Shown here one piece after another: positions 28,051 through 36,123 of a stretch of DNA of 64,000 nt. The DNA comes from an uncultured Clostridia bacterium (GTDB taxonomy: Bacteria; Bacillota; Clostridia; TANB77; CAG-508), in the NCBI GenBank assembly GCA_948934525.1, contig CAQZSK010000001.1, positions 222,574 through 286,573 of the forward strand, in the 5' to 3' direction. How positions within the stretch are numbered: position 1 is the stretch's first letter; each line of letters opens with the position of its first letter. The position numbers were made by a program, and so were the translations under genes. The notes below the pieces were generated by a model. The model was not told where the DNA came from. It saw nothing but the letters and a program-made list of their open reading frames with translations, and ran no database searches.

Positions 28051-29010
28051 CTATATAATTATCATTCCATAGATTAAAATACCTTCATTGTCATGATACA
28101 TTTGTTCAAATTGAGAAATTGGTAATGGATTTTCACCTATTCCTGCTTCTATAGTATATCCTGGTCTATTATAATCCTGAATAAACCAATCTTTATATCC
28201 TGCAAAACTAGAATTGTATGGCACTTCTTCTAAACTATAACCACTTATTTCTGCAAATTTCCTTCCTATTTCATATCCATGTGGTGGATTTATATTTTGG
28301 AAATTCCAGTAAATTTCTTCCCCCTGTGTATGATAAGAAATAGTTAATACAAAATTATGGTCTAATGTAAATTGATAAAGCATTAATGCTTCTGGTTGAG
28401 TTAATGGTCCTTCACCTACAAAGTCTCTTGGCGCAGGTGAATCAAATCCTTGCTGATATTTAATTTTTTTCGCATCCTCCCAACCTGCTGGGAATTGTAA
28501 ATTTAAATCCACACCATTAAAATTGGCTTTCCATCCATCTGGAAATGGTATCGTTGGAAATTTATAAGCAATATCTGCATAATTTTGATAAACTTTACTT
28601 TCTTTATCCACATTTCCTGTCACTAAGTCTACTCCGTCTGGATTTACCATTGGAATAATATATAATGATACCCTTCGAAACAAATCCTGTGTAGAATATC
28701 CTTGCAAATTCTGCCCAAAAACATAAGCTTTGCAAAAATTTTCTACAAATTTCATTAAGACAACAGATGTAATCCATTCATTTGCGTGAATACTTGCATG
28801 ATACAAAACTTCTTTTTCTCCAGTTCCTATTCTAATATAAGGAATTGGCTTTCCCAAAACACTATAACCTGCAGTTTTTATTTCTAAAAATGGATATGCT
28901 CTTTTTAATTCGTTTAAATTTTGATTCATTATTTCATAAGAATACATCTGATTAGTAGGAACAATTTCAATTGTATCTATTTCTTCTCTATTTTCTTGCA
29001 TAAAAATCAC
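28051..29010 (-). CDS. M14 family metallocarboxypeptidase (gamma-D-glutamyl-meso-DAP peptidase-like)
   Basis: Zinc ligand block YHASIHANEWITS. The overall pattern is that of the M14 gamma-D-Glu-DAP peptidases. The likely start is ATG 29001. Confidence 0.7.
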   Translation of the reverse strand: MIFMQENREEIDTIEIVPTNQMYSYEIMNQNLNELKRAYPFLEIKTAGYSVLGKPIPYIRIGTGEKEVLYHASIHANEWITSVVLMKFVENFCKAYVFGQNLQGYSTQDLFRRVSLYIIPMVNPDGVDLVTGNVDKESKVYQNYADIAYKFPTIPFPDGWKANFNGVDLNLQFPAGWEDAKKIKYQQGFDSPAPRDFVGEGPLTQPEALMLYQFTLDHNFVLTISYHTQGEEIYWNFQNINPPHGYEIGRKFAEISGYSLEEVPYNSSFAGYKDWFIQDYNRPGYTIEAGIGENPLPISQFEQMYHDNEGILIYGMIII

Positions 29011-29103
29011 CTACTTTATTATATGCAGTAGATATGTTTTTGCTTTAATTTGAATATAGAAAATGGTAAAATTTAAAGGAGCTTATAAAAAGCTCCTTTT
29101 TTC

Positions 29104-29179
29104 TGGTCGAGGCGACAGGGATCGAACCTGCGACCTCATGGTCCCAAACCACGCGCGCTACCAACTGCGCTACGCCTCG
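29104..29179 (-). tRNA. tRNA-Pro (anticodon TGG)
   Basis: The reverse complement folds as acceptor CGAGGCG/CGCCTCG, anticodon loop TTTGGGA, T arm GCAGG-TTCGATC-CCTGT, encoded CCA. Confidence 0.9.
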
Positions 29180-29288
29180 ATTTTTTCTTGCTACCTATAT
29201 ACTATATCATATATTTTCTTAGTTTGCAAGATTTTTTTCGATTTTCTATTGAATATTTTTACTTTTCCTTGTATAATAAGTATATTAT

Positions 29289-29329
29289 GCAACTGTAGCT
29301 TAGCTGGATAGAGCGTTCGGCTACGAACC
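29289..29329 (+). pseudogene. 5' half of a second tRNA-Arg(ACG)-like gene (truncated after the anticodon loop)
   Basis: GCAACTG-TA-GCTT-AGCTGGATA-GAGC-G-TTCGG-CTACGAA-CC, followed by unrelated sequence. There is no T arm or 3' acceptor. Confidence 0.5.
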
Positions 29330-29473
29330 AAAATTGCATACACCAAATTTCCTTAGATGGTACGGGGGTTGGGAATTTTTCATTTTATGCGTTCCCCAAA
29401 AGTTCCCCAATACTATAAATTTTATTAATTATTTTTTCATTTTAGCATTCTTCTTTAAAATGAAAAAATATAT

Positions 29474-29550
29474 GCGTCTGTAGTTTAGCTGGATAAAATG
29501 CGAGCCTACGAAGTTCGAGACCGGGGGTTCGAGTCCCTCCAGGCGCACCA
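29474..29550 (+). tRNA. tRNA-Arg (anticodon ACG)
   Basis: Acceptor GCGTCTG/CAGGCGC, anticodon stem CGAGC/GTTCG with loop CTACGAA, T arm GGGGG-TTCGAGT-CCCTC, CCA. The D stem is unusually AT-rich (GTTT/AAAT). Confidence 0.85.
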
Positions 29551-29578
29551 AGATACACTTAGCGATAAGTGTATTTTT

Positions 29579-31054
29579 TTAACCTGCTAACCTTTCTTCT
29601 GGCCTAATATCTTGTATCTTTAATAATTTTATCTTTCCAAAATACATATCACTTTCATTTATAAGTTGTTTTAATGTTTCTTCACCATTTTGTTTTATAT
29701 ATAATTTAATCATCTCATTTTTCTTTCTTTCTCCTGTAATATGTATATAATATTTTCTTGTTGTTTCAAAATCTGAATGTCCCATAATGACATGAAGTAC
29801 TTCTGGTGGCATACCGAAAGTTGAGCACAATGTTGCAAATGAGTGTCTTAATCCATATACTGTTAAATGTTCTAAGTTATATTTTTTTATGAAATATGGC
29901 ATTTTCCTAGTTAAATCCTGTGGAACAAAAGGATTTCCCTTTTCATTTAAGAAAATATAGTCATTTTCGTCCCATACTTTTCCTAATTTTTTGTATTCTT
30001 CCATTCTTTCAGCTTTTATCATCAGTAATAGCCTTTTTAATCTAGGGTGCATTGGTATATCTCTATAACTTTCAGGAGTTTTTAATTCACCATCGCCTCT
30101 TTTATGCCCTATTTTTTCCATGTTGTCGTCATAGATTTCCCAATCTTTATAAGCATTATGTATGTGAACAATATCATTTTCATAATCCATCGAAGTCCAT
30201 TTAAAACCGCATCCCTCTTCTGGCCTTGCTCCTGTTAATAATATCGTTTCATACAAATATGACGCTTGTCTTTTATCTTTTTCAAATATATCAAGCCATA
30301 CTTCTTGTCTATCTTGCTCTAAATGTTCAATCTCAATTCCCAATGACTTTTTATCATTATAAATTTCAATCTTTTCTGCTGGATTGTCTTTCCTTAGTTT
30401 TTCTTTTATAACTACATCAAAAGACATTTTTAAAACAAGCTTAATATCTTTTAAATACTTAGTTGAACAATCTAATGTTTCAAGTTTATCTTCAATTTCT
30501 TCTTGCGTAATAGTAATTGCATTCATTTCACCAAAAATTGGAATTACTTGTGCATCTGCCACTCCTTTATAAAAAGTAACTGTTTTTGGACTTAATTTCT
30601 TTTTCTTTCGTGTCCCCTTTTTCTCAGACTGCCTCTTTTTTTGCTTTAACATTTTTTGCACAAATGCATATATAGATTCTTTTCCTATTTTGTATTCTTT
30701 TTGTTTTGATTTTTGGTTTAATTGTAGCTGATTTTTCTTAATGCAATCCATATATTCGTCAAATTTTTCCAATTCTGCCTGACATTCTGGACTAAAAACT
30801 TGCCTATTGGCTAACTGATAGTTTTTTTGCACCTCTATATAAGTTAATAAAATCGCTTCTGCTAATCTTTTTTTTGCTATTTCTTCTGTACTACCATATC
30901 TACTTAATCTTGGATTTGATACTCCTGCAATATTTAATTGTAGAGTAACTCGAGCCTCCTTTCCATTTTTTTTATTTCTTACATGTACCTGCCCTTTCTT
31001 GCCATATTCCGTTTCCTTTTCCATTTTTGTTTTAGCAGTTTTTACCCTTTCCAT
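29579..31054 (-). CDS. tyrosine recombinase/integrase
   Basis: 491 aa. C-terminal GLRHSFATLCSTFGMPPEVLHVIMGHSDFETTRKYYIH. It starts 29 nt from the tRNA-Arg(ACG) 3' end. Confidence 0.85.
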   Translation of the reverse strand: MERVKTAKTKMEKETEYGKKGQVHVRNKKNGKEARVTLQLNIAGVSNPRLSRYGSTEEIAKKRLAEAILLTYIEVQKNYQLANRQVFSPECQAELEKFDEYMDCIKKNQLQLNQKSKQKEYKIGKESIYAFVQKMLKQKKRQSEKKGTRKKKKLSPKTVTFYKGVADAQVIPIFGEMNAITITQEEIEDKLETLDCSTKYLKDIKLVLKMSFDVVIKEKLRKDNPAEKIEIYNDKKSLGIEIEHLEQDRQEVWLDIFEKDKRQASYLYETILLTGARPEEGCGFKWTSMDYENDIVHIHNAYKDWEIYDDNMEKIGHKRGDGELKTPESYRDIPMHPRLKRLLLMIKAERMEEYKKLGKVWDENDYIFLNEKGNPFVPQDLTRKMPYFIKKYNLEHLTVYGLRHSFATLCSTFGMPPEVLHVIMGHSDFETTRKYYIHITGERKKNEMIKLYIKQNGEETLKQLINESDMYFGKIKLLKIQDIRPEERLAG

Positions 31055-31170
31055 TCTTTCCTCCTATCATAAAGAGGTATAATAAAAGTAAGTAAAAATA
31101 AGGACTATAAGTCTATTAAATTTACTTACATTTTACTACATTTTGTTACCTAAAATCAATGTTAAACCAA

Positions 31171-31383
31171 TTAATATGTATATTTTCCATAACTACTAGC
31201 AAACCACTTTGGCAATGCTTCTTTATCTATAATAATTTTCCTTTTTAGTCTAATCGCTGGAAATCCCTCCATTTTTACAAATTCTAGCATTATATTTCTT
31301 CCCACACCTAATAATTTTGCTGCTTCATTTACAGTAATACCTATTTTTTCATCATCTTCTTCATTCACAAGCATCACTTCCAT
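31171..31383 (-). CDS. excisionase-family HTH protein
   Basis: ITVNEAAKLLGVGRNIMLEFVKMEGFPAIRLKRKIIIDKEALPKWF is typical of the excisionase DNA-binding domain. Directly upstream of int. Confidence 0.6.
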   Translation of the reverse strand: MEVMLVNEEDDEKIGITVNEAAKLLGVGRNIMLEFVKMEGFPAIRLKRKIIIDKEALPKWFASSYGKYTY

Positions 31384-31579
31384 TTTTCATATTTTGCAAT
31401 TTCTTTCTTGCAACAGCTTGTGATTCTGCTATATTTTGAACAATATCACGAGGATATAACTTAAAAGATTGTTTCATTTCTATACCTAATGTTTCAGGAG
31501 TAATCTTTCCAGTATATTTTGAACTTTGCATATAGTCTAATGTAATTTGTGCATAGGCAACTGCTTCTTTTTTATTCAT
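31361..31579 (-). CDS. hypothetical small protein
   Basis: 72-aa ORF with overlapping stop/start couplings to its neighbours. Confidence 0.4.
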   Translation of the reverse strand: MNKKEAVAYAQITLDYMQSSKYTGKITPETLGIEMKQSFKLYPRDIVQNIAESQAVARKKLQNMKNGSDACE

Positions 31580-31817
31580 TCATAGCACCTCCAGCATATT
31601 TTTCAAATAGTTCAATAATATTATCTAAACTAATTAATGCTTCTTTGGAAAGTTCTACTTTACATTGTTGTATATATGAATAGTCCTTCTTTAATCTAAT
31701 AGATAATTCTAATGTTTGATCGTCATTTGCTATATAAGTAATTTGTGCATATACTTTTTCTTGCTTTGCATTCAGTAAGTTGGCTAGTTTGAATATTTTT
31801 AACAATTTTTCTTCCAT
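31572..31817 (-). CDS. hypothetical small protein
   Basis: 81-aa ORF in the same operon. Confidence 0.4.
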   Translation of the reverse strand: MEEKLLKIFKLANLLNAKQEKVYAQITYIANDDQTLELSIRLKKDYSYIQQCKVELSKEALISLDNIIELFEKYAGGAMNE

Positions 31818-31828
31818 ATTTATACCTA

Positions 31829-32245
31829 TTACCTTTCCTTTATATATTTTGGTATAGCATACGAGCGACCAAGATTTTCGTCAAACTCATATCGCCTTTT
31901 TGAAGGGTTGTAATGGTAGGCACTAATATTGAATTTTCGATAATTTTCATTTGATAAATGACCACTCTTTGATAACTCTCTACTTGCTTGTCTATGTTGC
32001 TCTTGAACAAATGAATAATTATCTTCAATTCGTTTATTTTCTCTTTTTGCTTTTATAAACTGGTTTTGAGCATTTTTTCTATTTTTACTCGATGTTTCCT
32101 TTCTTTTTTCTTTCTCCTTGTTGTACCTATTATCTTGTTTTATAACTTTTGTTATGTATGCTGAAGAAACATTTTCTTTCTCAGCTATTTCTTTTATCTT
32201 TAAATGCTCATTAAAAAATAAATCAATGATATTTTCTTTTGACAT
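31829..32245 (-). CDS. HTH-containing regulatory protein
   Basis: The N-terminal LKIKEIAEKENVSSAYITKVIKQ is a sigma-region-4/HTH-like segment, followed by a basic coiled region. Confidence 0.45.
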   Translation of the reverse strand: MSKENIIDLFFNEHLKIKEIAEKENVSSAYITKVIKQDNRYNKEKEKRKETSSKNRKNAQNQFIKAKRENKRIEDNYSFVQEQHRQASRELSKSGHLSNENYRKFNISAYHYNPSKRRYEFDENLGRSYAIPKYIKER

Positions 32246-32266
32246 TTTAATTACCTTTGTTTGGTT

Positions 32267-32313
32267 AATTTTTTGTCGACACTTTTTGGATACGACAATA
32301 CTATTAGAAACCT
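32267..32313. promoter_or_regulatory. conserved regulatory block with TGTCGACA palindrome (shared with 14091-14136)
   Basis: See the alignment under 14091-14136. The palindrome is at 32274-32281. Confidence 0.45.
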
Positions 32314-32495
32314 TATTTGATTTCTAATTCTTCCATCATTCTTTTATATTTTTTTTGTCTTAGTTTTTGTATTTTCTTTTCTCTATGAAGTCTATATTTC
32401 AATTTTAGCTTTGGAATAAGAAATTCAAATAGAAAAAAGACTGTAGCAAGGGATATTATGAGTAATACTAATCTAAAAAATAACTCCATTCTCAC
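32313..32495 (-). CDS. small membrane protein
   Basis: One TM plus a basic tail. The likely start is ATG 32489 (AGGAG 9 nt upstream). Confidence 0.35.
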   Translation of the reverse strand: MRMELFFRLVLLIISLATVFFLFEFLIPKLKLKYRLHREKKIQKLRQKKYKRMMEELEIK

Positions 32496-32808
32496 TAACT
32501 CCTTTCCTTTAATAAAATAGGGAAAGCAAGTAAGAGCTTGTCTTACCTGCTTTTATAATATAGTGTCCCTTAAATTTGCCCTTCACTATATATACATTGA
32601 AATTATCAGAAAAATTCTCCCCTATTTTTGAAAAAATTTTTAAAATTTATAATTTTTTATTCCCTCTAATATTTTTAGTATTATATATTGGTATCTATCT
32701 TCATCCTTGTAACTGTACTTCTTGATTAAATTTTTCTTTCTCTCAATTATTTCTAATGCAGCCATTTCATTCCCCTTTTGTGCTAACTCTCCTAATTCAT
32801 ATAAACTT

Positions 32809-33213
32809 TTATTTCTCATCTTCCAATGCTCCCTTCATTTTTTTCTTTAGCTTGTTAATTGCTCTTATTTTAATTTTACTAACAGTCTTGGAATATACTT
32901 TCAAAATCTTAGCTGCTTCATTCTGTGTAAGTTCTTCATAAAAGAGCAAAAAAATCACCGTCTGCTCAATAGCAGTCAGTGACTTTAAGACATTATTTAG
33001 TTCTAAAATATTTTCTACTTTTTCAAGGTCAAAAAGGGCGTCGTCTAGGGCAATTTCTTCGTAATCATTCATTTCGCCTATTTTTTCTTTATTGCTAATA
33101 CTCATTTGCTTTTTGAAATATTCTTTTGATGAAAATATGATAATTTTATTTAGGTAACTATCAAACCTTTCTTCTTGGAAATCATTTTTGTTTCCCATAA
33201 GTATTCCTCCCAA
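32809..33213 (-). CDS. sigma-70 region-4-type regulator (Tn916 Orf7-like)
   Basis: LTAIEQTVIFLLFYEELTQNEAAKILKVYSKTVSKIKIRAINKLKK. The likely start is ATG 33198 (GGAGG 7 nt upstream). Confidence 0.6.
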   Translation of the reverse strand: MGGILMGNKNDFQEERFDSYLNKIIIFSSKEYFKKQMSISNKEKIGEMNDYEEIALDDALFDLEKVENILELNNVLKSLTAIEQTVIFLLFYEELTQNEAAKILKVYSKTVSKIKIRAINKLKKKMKGALEDEK

Positions 33214-33444
33214 ATTAAATTTGGGCTTAACATCGCTGTTAAGTGGAACACATAAAAAAACAAAACCTCCTTTACCTCATGGATTTTAATTCTTTCATAT
33301 TCATATAAGAATAGGGCCTAATAGTCCTGTAAGTCTTCTTCAGTAACTTTATATACTTTTCTTTCGTATATATTCTACTTGAACAGGTAAATATTAAGCC
33401 CTACGCGTAATATACACCTAATCAATTAAAAAGTCGGTCGAAAA

Positions 33445-33477
33445 ATGTCGCCTATTTTGTCAATAAATGTCGACATT
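33445..33477. promoter_or_regulatory. operator-like TGTCGNC/TGTCAA boxes including the 12-bp palindrome AATGTCGACATT
   Basis: ATGTCGCC-TATT-TTGTCAAT-A-AATGTCGACATT in the divergent sigma/XRE intergenic region. Confidence 0.4.
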
Positions 33478-33629
33478 TGTTTCGAGTAGTCCTATACCCT
33501 TTTTTTTCAATTTATCTGGTTTTCCGACATACTTTGCAAAGTACATTTTTTTACATATACAAGGAATATTATGTTTTTGAAAAAGAATGTAAAATATACC
33601 TATGCAAAGTACGAAAGGGGTAATCTTCT

Positions 33630-33983
33630 ATGGCACTAGATAAATTTTTAGTAGGAGAAAGAATAAGAAAAATTAGGGAAGAAATGTTTGAAGAGACTAG
33701 GGAAAAATTTGCAAAAAGGTGCGATTTAACTGAAAGACATATTGGTCAATTAGAGCGAGGAGATTTTTTGCCTGGTATTCAAACTCTAGATAAAATATCT
33801 AGTTTTACTGGAATAGATGTAGATTATATTCTATATGGAAAAGAAGAATGTAATAAATTGCAAATGAAACAAAACTTACATAACATTATTGATAGAGCAG
33901 ATAAGGACGAAATTCAAATGTTATATAGAAATATTTGCACAATACGAAGTTATGTAAGTAAAAAGACAGAAAAGAGGATTTAA
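33630..33983 (+). CDS. XRE-family HTH transcriptional regulator (Tn916 Orf9-like position)
   Basis: GERIRKIREEMFEETREKFAKRCDLTERHIGQLERG is a classic Cro/C1 HTH. It is divergent from the sigma-like gene. Confidence 0.75.
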   Translation: MALDKFLVGERIRKIREEMFEETREKFAKRCDLTERHIGQLERGDFLPGIQTLDKISSFTGIDVDYILYGKEECNKLQMKQNLHNIIDRADKDEIQMLYRNICTIRSYVSKKTEKRI

Positions 33984-34001
33984 AAAAAGGGTTAGAAAAT
34001 T

Positions 34002-34157
34002 CTAACTCCTTTTATTTATTAAATTCATTCCTTGTGCTATATATTTGTCTAACAATTTACTTTGCTTCAGTATTTTTTCAGGCTCTGCATTCTGTTCAAT
34101 TAATTTTGAAAGTTTAGAACGATTCTTAAAGATTAAAAGTCCAAGTTTAAAATCCAT
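34002..34157 (-). CDS. unannotated 51-aa Spo0E-like aspartyl-phosphate phosphatase family protein
   Basis: Hand translation gives MDFKLGLLIFKNRSKLSKLIEQNAEPEKILKQSKLLDKYIAQGMNLINKRS*. GGGAG SD 9 nt upstream. The S-(Q/K)-x-LD-x-x-I helix resembles the Spo0E SQELD motif. Below the ORF-track cutoff. Confidence 0.45.
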   Translation of the reverse strand: MDFKLGLLIFKNRSKLSKLIEQNAEPEKILKQSKLLDKYIAQGMNLINKRS

Positions 34158-34337
34158 AAAAACCAACTCCCTTCTTATTTTTAATTATATCAGATATTCC
34201 CTAAAAAGTCTGTCGGAATTTGTCAGTTACAAAAAAAAGTTAATTTTATAGCTTTTTTTGACGGTTTATGTTATAATAGCAAGTAAAATACTACTATTAA
34301 GTTACTACTATAAGCAAATTAAAAAGTGAAGGGTTAA

Positions 34338-34910
34338 TTGGTTGTAAAAATGAATAAGAGTAAGAAAATAATTATTTGGATTTTAATTTTAGTATCGATT
34401 ATAGTTATTGGTGTAATTTTTGCACCTAAGTTAATTGAAAACAATGAATTTTTCAAGTTCATAGCTAAAGATACTAATTCTAATTCAGTTGAAACAGTAA
34501 ATCACGAAAAAAATAAGCAAAATTATTCTAAAGTGATTGATAATATTAAATTGGAATTAAATATTCCAAATGAGTGGAAATATGAAGAAATACCTAAAAA
34601 TGAAGAAAACGATTTTTATAAATATGCTTTAAAACTATATAAAAGCAATGAAAATCAATATGCAATGTTATATTTTTATAATAATCAATTTAGTGTTTGT
34701 GGTACAGGAAGAACTTTAAAAAACGTAAATCTAAATAATGGTAAAGAAATGTCTATTGGGTATTATGACGGAAAAAAAGACTGGAGCGACATTTCATTTA
34801 ATAATATAAATAAAAACATAGCAGTTATGAATTATGGTTTAACAGATGCCGATGCTAATGAGGTAATACAATTTATTAAAACAATACACATTATTGAAAA
34901 TAATTTATAA
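34338..34910 (+). CDS. membrane-anchored extracytoplasmic protein, unknown function
   Basis: Signal-anchor KKIIIWILILVSIIVIGVIF. The likely start is ATG 34350. Confidence 0.5.
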   Translation: MVVKMNKSKKIIIWILILVSIIVIGVIFAPKLIENNEFFKFIAKDTNSNSVETVNHEKNKQNYSKVIDNIKLELNIPNEWKYEEIPKNEENDFYKYALKLYKSNENQYAMLYFYNNQFSVCGTGRTLKNVNLNNGKEMSIGYYDGKKDWSDISFNNINKNIAVMNYGLTDADANEVIQFIKTIHIIENNL

Positions 34911-34961
34911 GTAATTGCAAAATGTAAGTTATCAGTTAGAAATAGTAGGTATGCCAACCTA

Positions 34962-35345
34962 CTATTTTCTAATTTTTTCCATATTATTTTTTAAATATTC
35001 TTGGATTTTCTCAATAGATTTTTTGTGCATTTTCTTAATCTTCTCAATATCTATATTTTGATATTTCATAGTATCGGCAATTAGTGCTTGTACTTCCTCT
35101 TCAGTCATCATAAAAAAGTCCAAAAATGCTATTTTAAAAATCAATTCTATATAACTATTCTCCCCTATTTCTCTTCTTTCTGCGTTTATTTGCTTCACTA
35201 TTTTATCAAATTTCTTTTTTCCATGTTTTTCTAAAAATAGTTTATTAAAATACATATCGAAAAAATCCATTATATCGCTTCCTTTTACATATATACTATA
35301 ACACTTTCTTACCAAGTAGTACCTTTTTATTTTACCAAAAGTCAT
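34962..35345 (-). CDS. hypothetical protein
   Basis: 127-aa ORF with no recognisable motif. Confidence 0.4.
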   Translation of the reverse strand: MTFGKIKRYYLVRKCYSIYVKGSDIMDFFDMYFNKLFLEKHGKKKFDKIVKQINAERREIGENSYIELIFKIAFLDFFMMTEEEVQALIADTMKYQNIDIEKIKKMHKKSIEKIQEYLKNNMEKIRK

Positions 35346-35461
35346 TTTTTACATACATAAAATCACAAAAATCTGTTGTAAATCAATAAAAAAAAATTTT
35401 TTAGTGTGTTTATTGAAATTCGGTTGTATTCTATGTAAAATGTATTTGTGTATAAGATTAT

Positions 35462-35562
35462 GTTATAGCTTTTTTACTATAACTACCCATAAAGTCAGTC
35501 ACTTTATGGCATAGCTGCTAAAATTTTTAGTTAGCAGTAGTACATCTACATTTTAAATGTAG
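35462..35562. promoter_or_regulatory. four consecutive hairpins in 100 bp (candidate oriT / single-strand promoter or initiation site)
   Basis: GTTATAG/CTATAAC (35462-83), CCATAAAGT/ACTTTATGG (35487-509), CTGCTAA/TTAGCAG (35515-37), CTACAT/ATGTAG (35546-62). They sit in a 416-nt non-coding gap upstream of the leading-region operon. Confidence 0.4.
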
Positions 35563-35761
35563 CATATTATTGGGATTTACGGTAAAATAAATATATAGAT
35601 TATTTGTTGTGCCTTGAAAAATAAGAAAGTAGTATCTTGTTAAGTCCACCCCTAACTTAGCGATATTACTTTCTCTTTTTGTTCCCAAAATCAAAGGAAA
35701 GGAGGATTAATCAAGAATCTTTTACACAAAAATTTGAAAGGAGATTTTGAAATTATGAAAA

Positions 35762-36118
35762 ATGGTTTTGATTTTGAAATGTATGGAGAAATATTCAGAA
35801 ATTGTTTTATCTTTGTTTCAAGATATGCCAATCGGTAATTTACAATTAAGTTTATTTGGAACTGATCCAAAAACAAATCAAACAGCACATTTTGCCGACA
35901 TTACTTTAGACCAAAATAATAAGAAATTAAAAGAAAATGAAATTGTAGTAAATTGCTTATACAGACCAGCTTTAATACCACAATTATTAGAATTAGGTAT
36001 CTTAAAAAAGCAGACTGGCATCTGTGTTGTTAATTTCACAATGTACCCTGTTTATACTGTCGATTTTTCAAAAATCAATTCTAGGCAGTATAGTGAGCAA
36101 GAATTGCTTGTCGCATAG
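35762..36118 (+). CDS. DUF4313-like small protein
   Basis: ...LSLFGTDPKTNQTAHFADITL...ENEIVVNCLYRPALIPQLLELGILKKQTG. Paralogous pattern to 37399-37767. The start is uncertain (ATG 35755 is out of frame; MEKYSE at 35783 is possible). Confidence 0.4.
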   Translation: MVLILKCMEKYSEIVLSLFQDMPIGNLQLSLFGTDPKTNQTAHFADITLDQNNKKLKENEIVVNCLYRPALIPQLLELGILKKQTGICVVNFTMYPVYTVDFSKINSRQYSEQELLVA

Positions 36119-36123
36119 AAAGG

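Noticed and set aside
29063-29311. 82-aa plus-strand ORF
   Set aside because: It overlaps the tRNA-Pro gene on the opposite strand. Its GC-rich part is simply the tRNA sequence.
29329-29474. Group I intron splitting a tRNA-Arg gene
   Set aside because: The gap is only ~145 nt with no recognisable P-helices. The downstream sequence is a complete independent tRNA rather than a 3' exon, and its 5' half differs from the upstream fragment.
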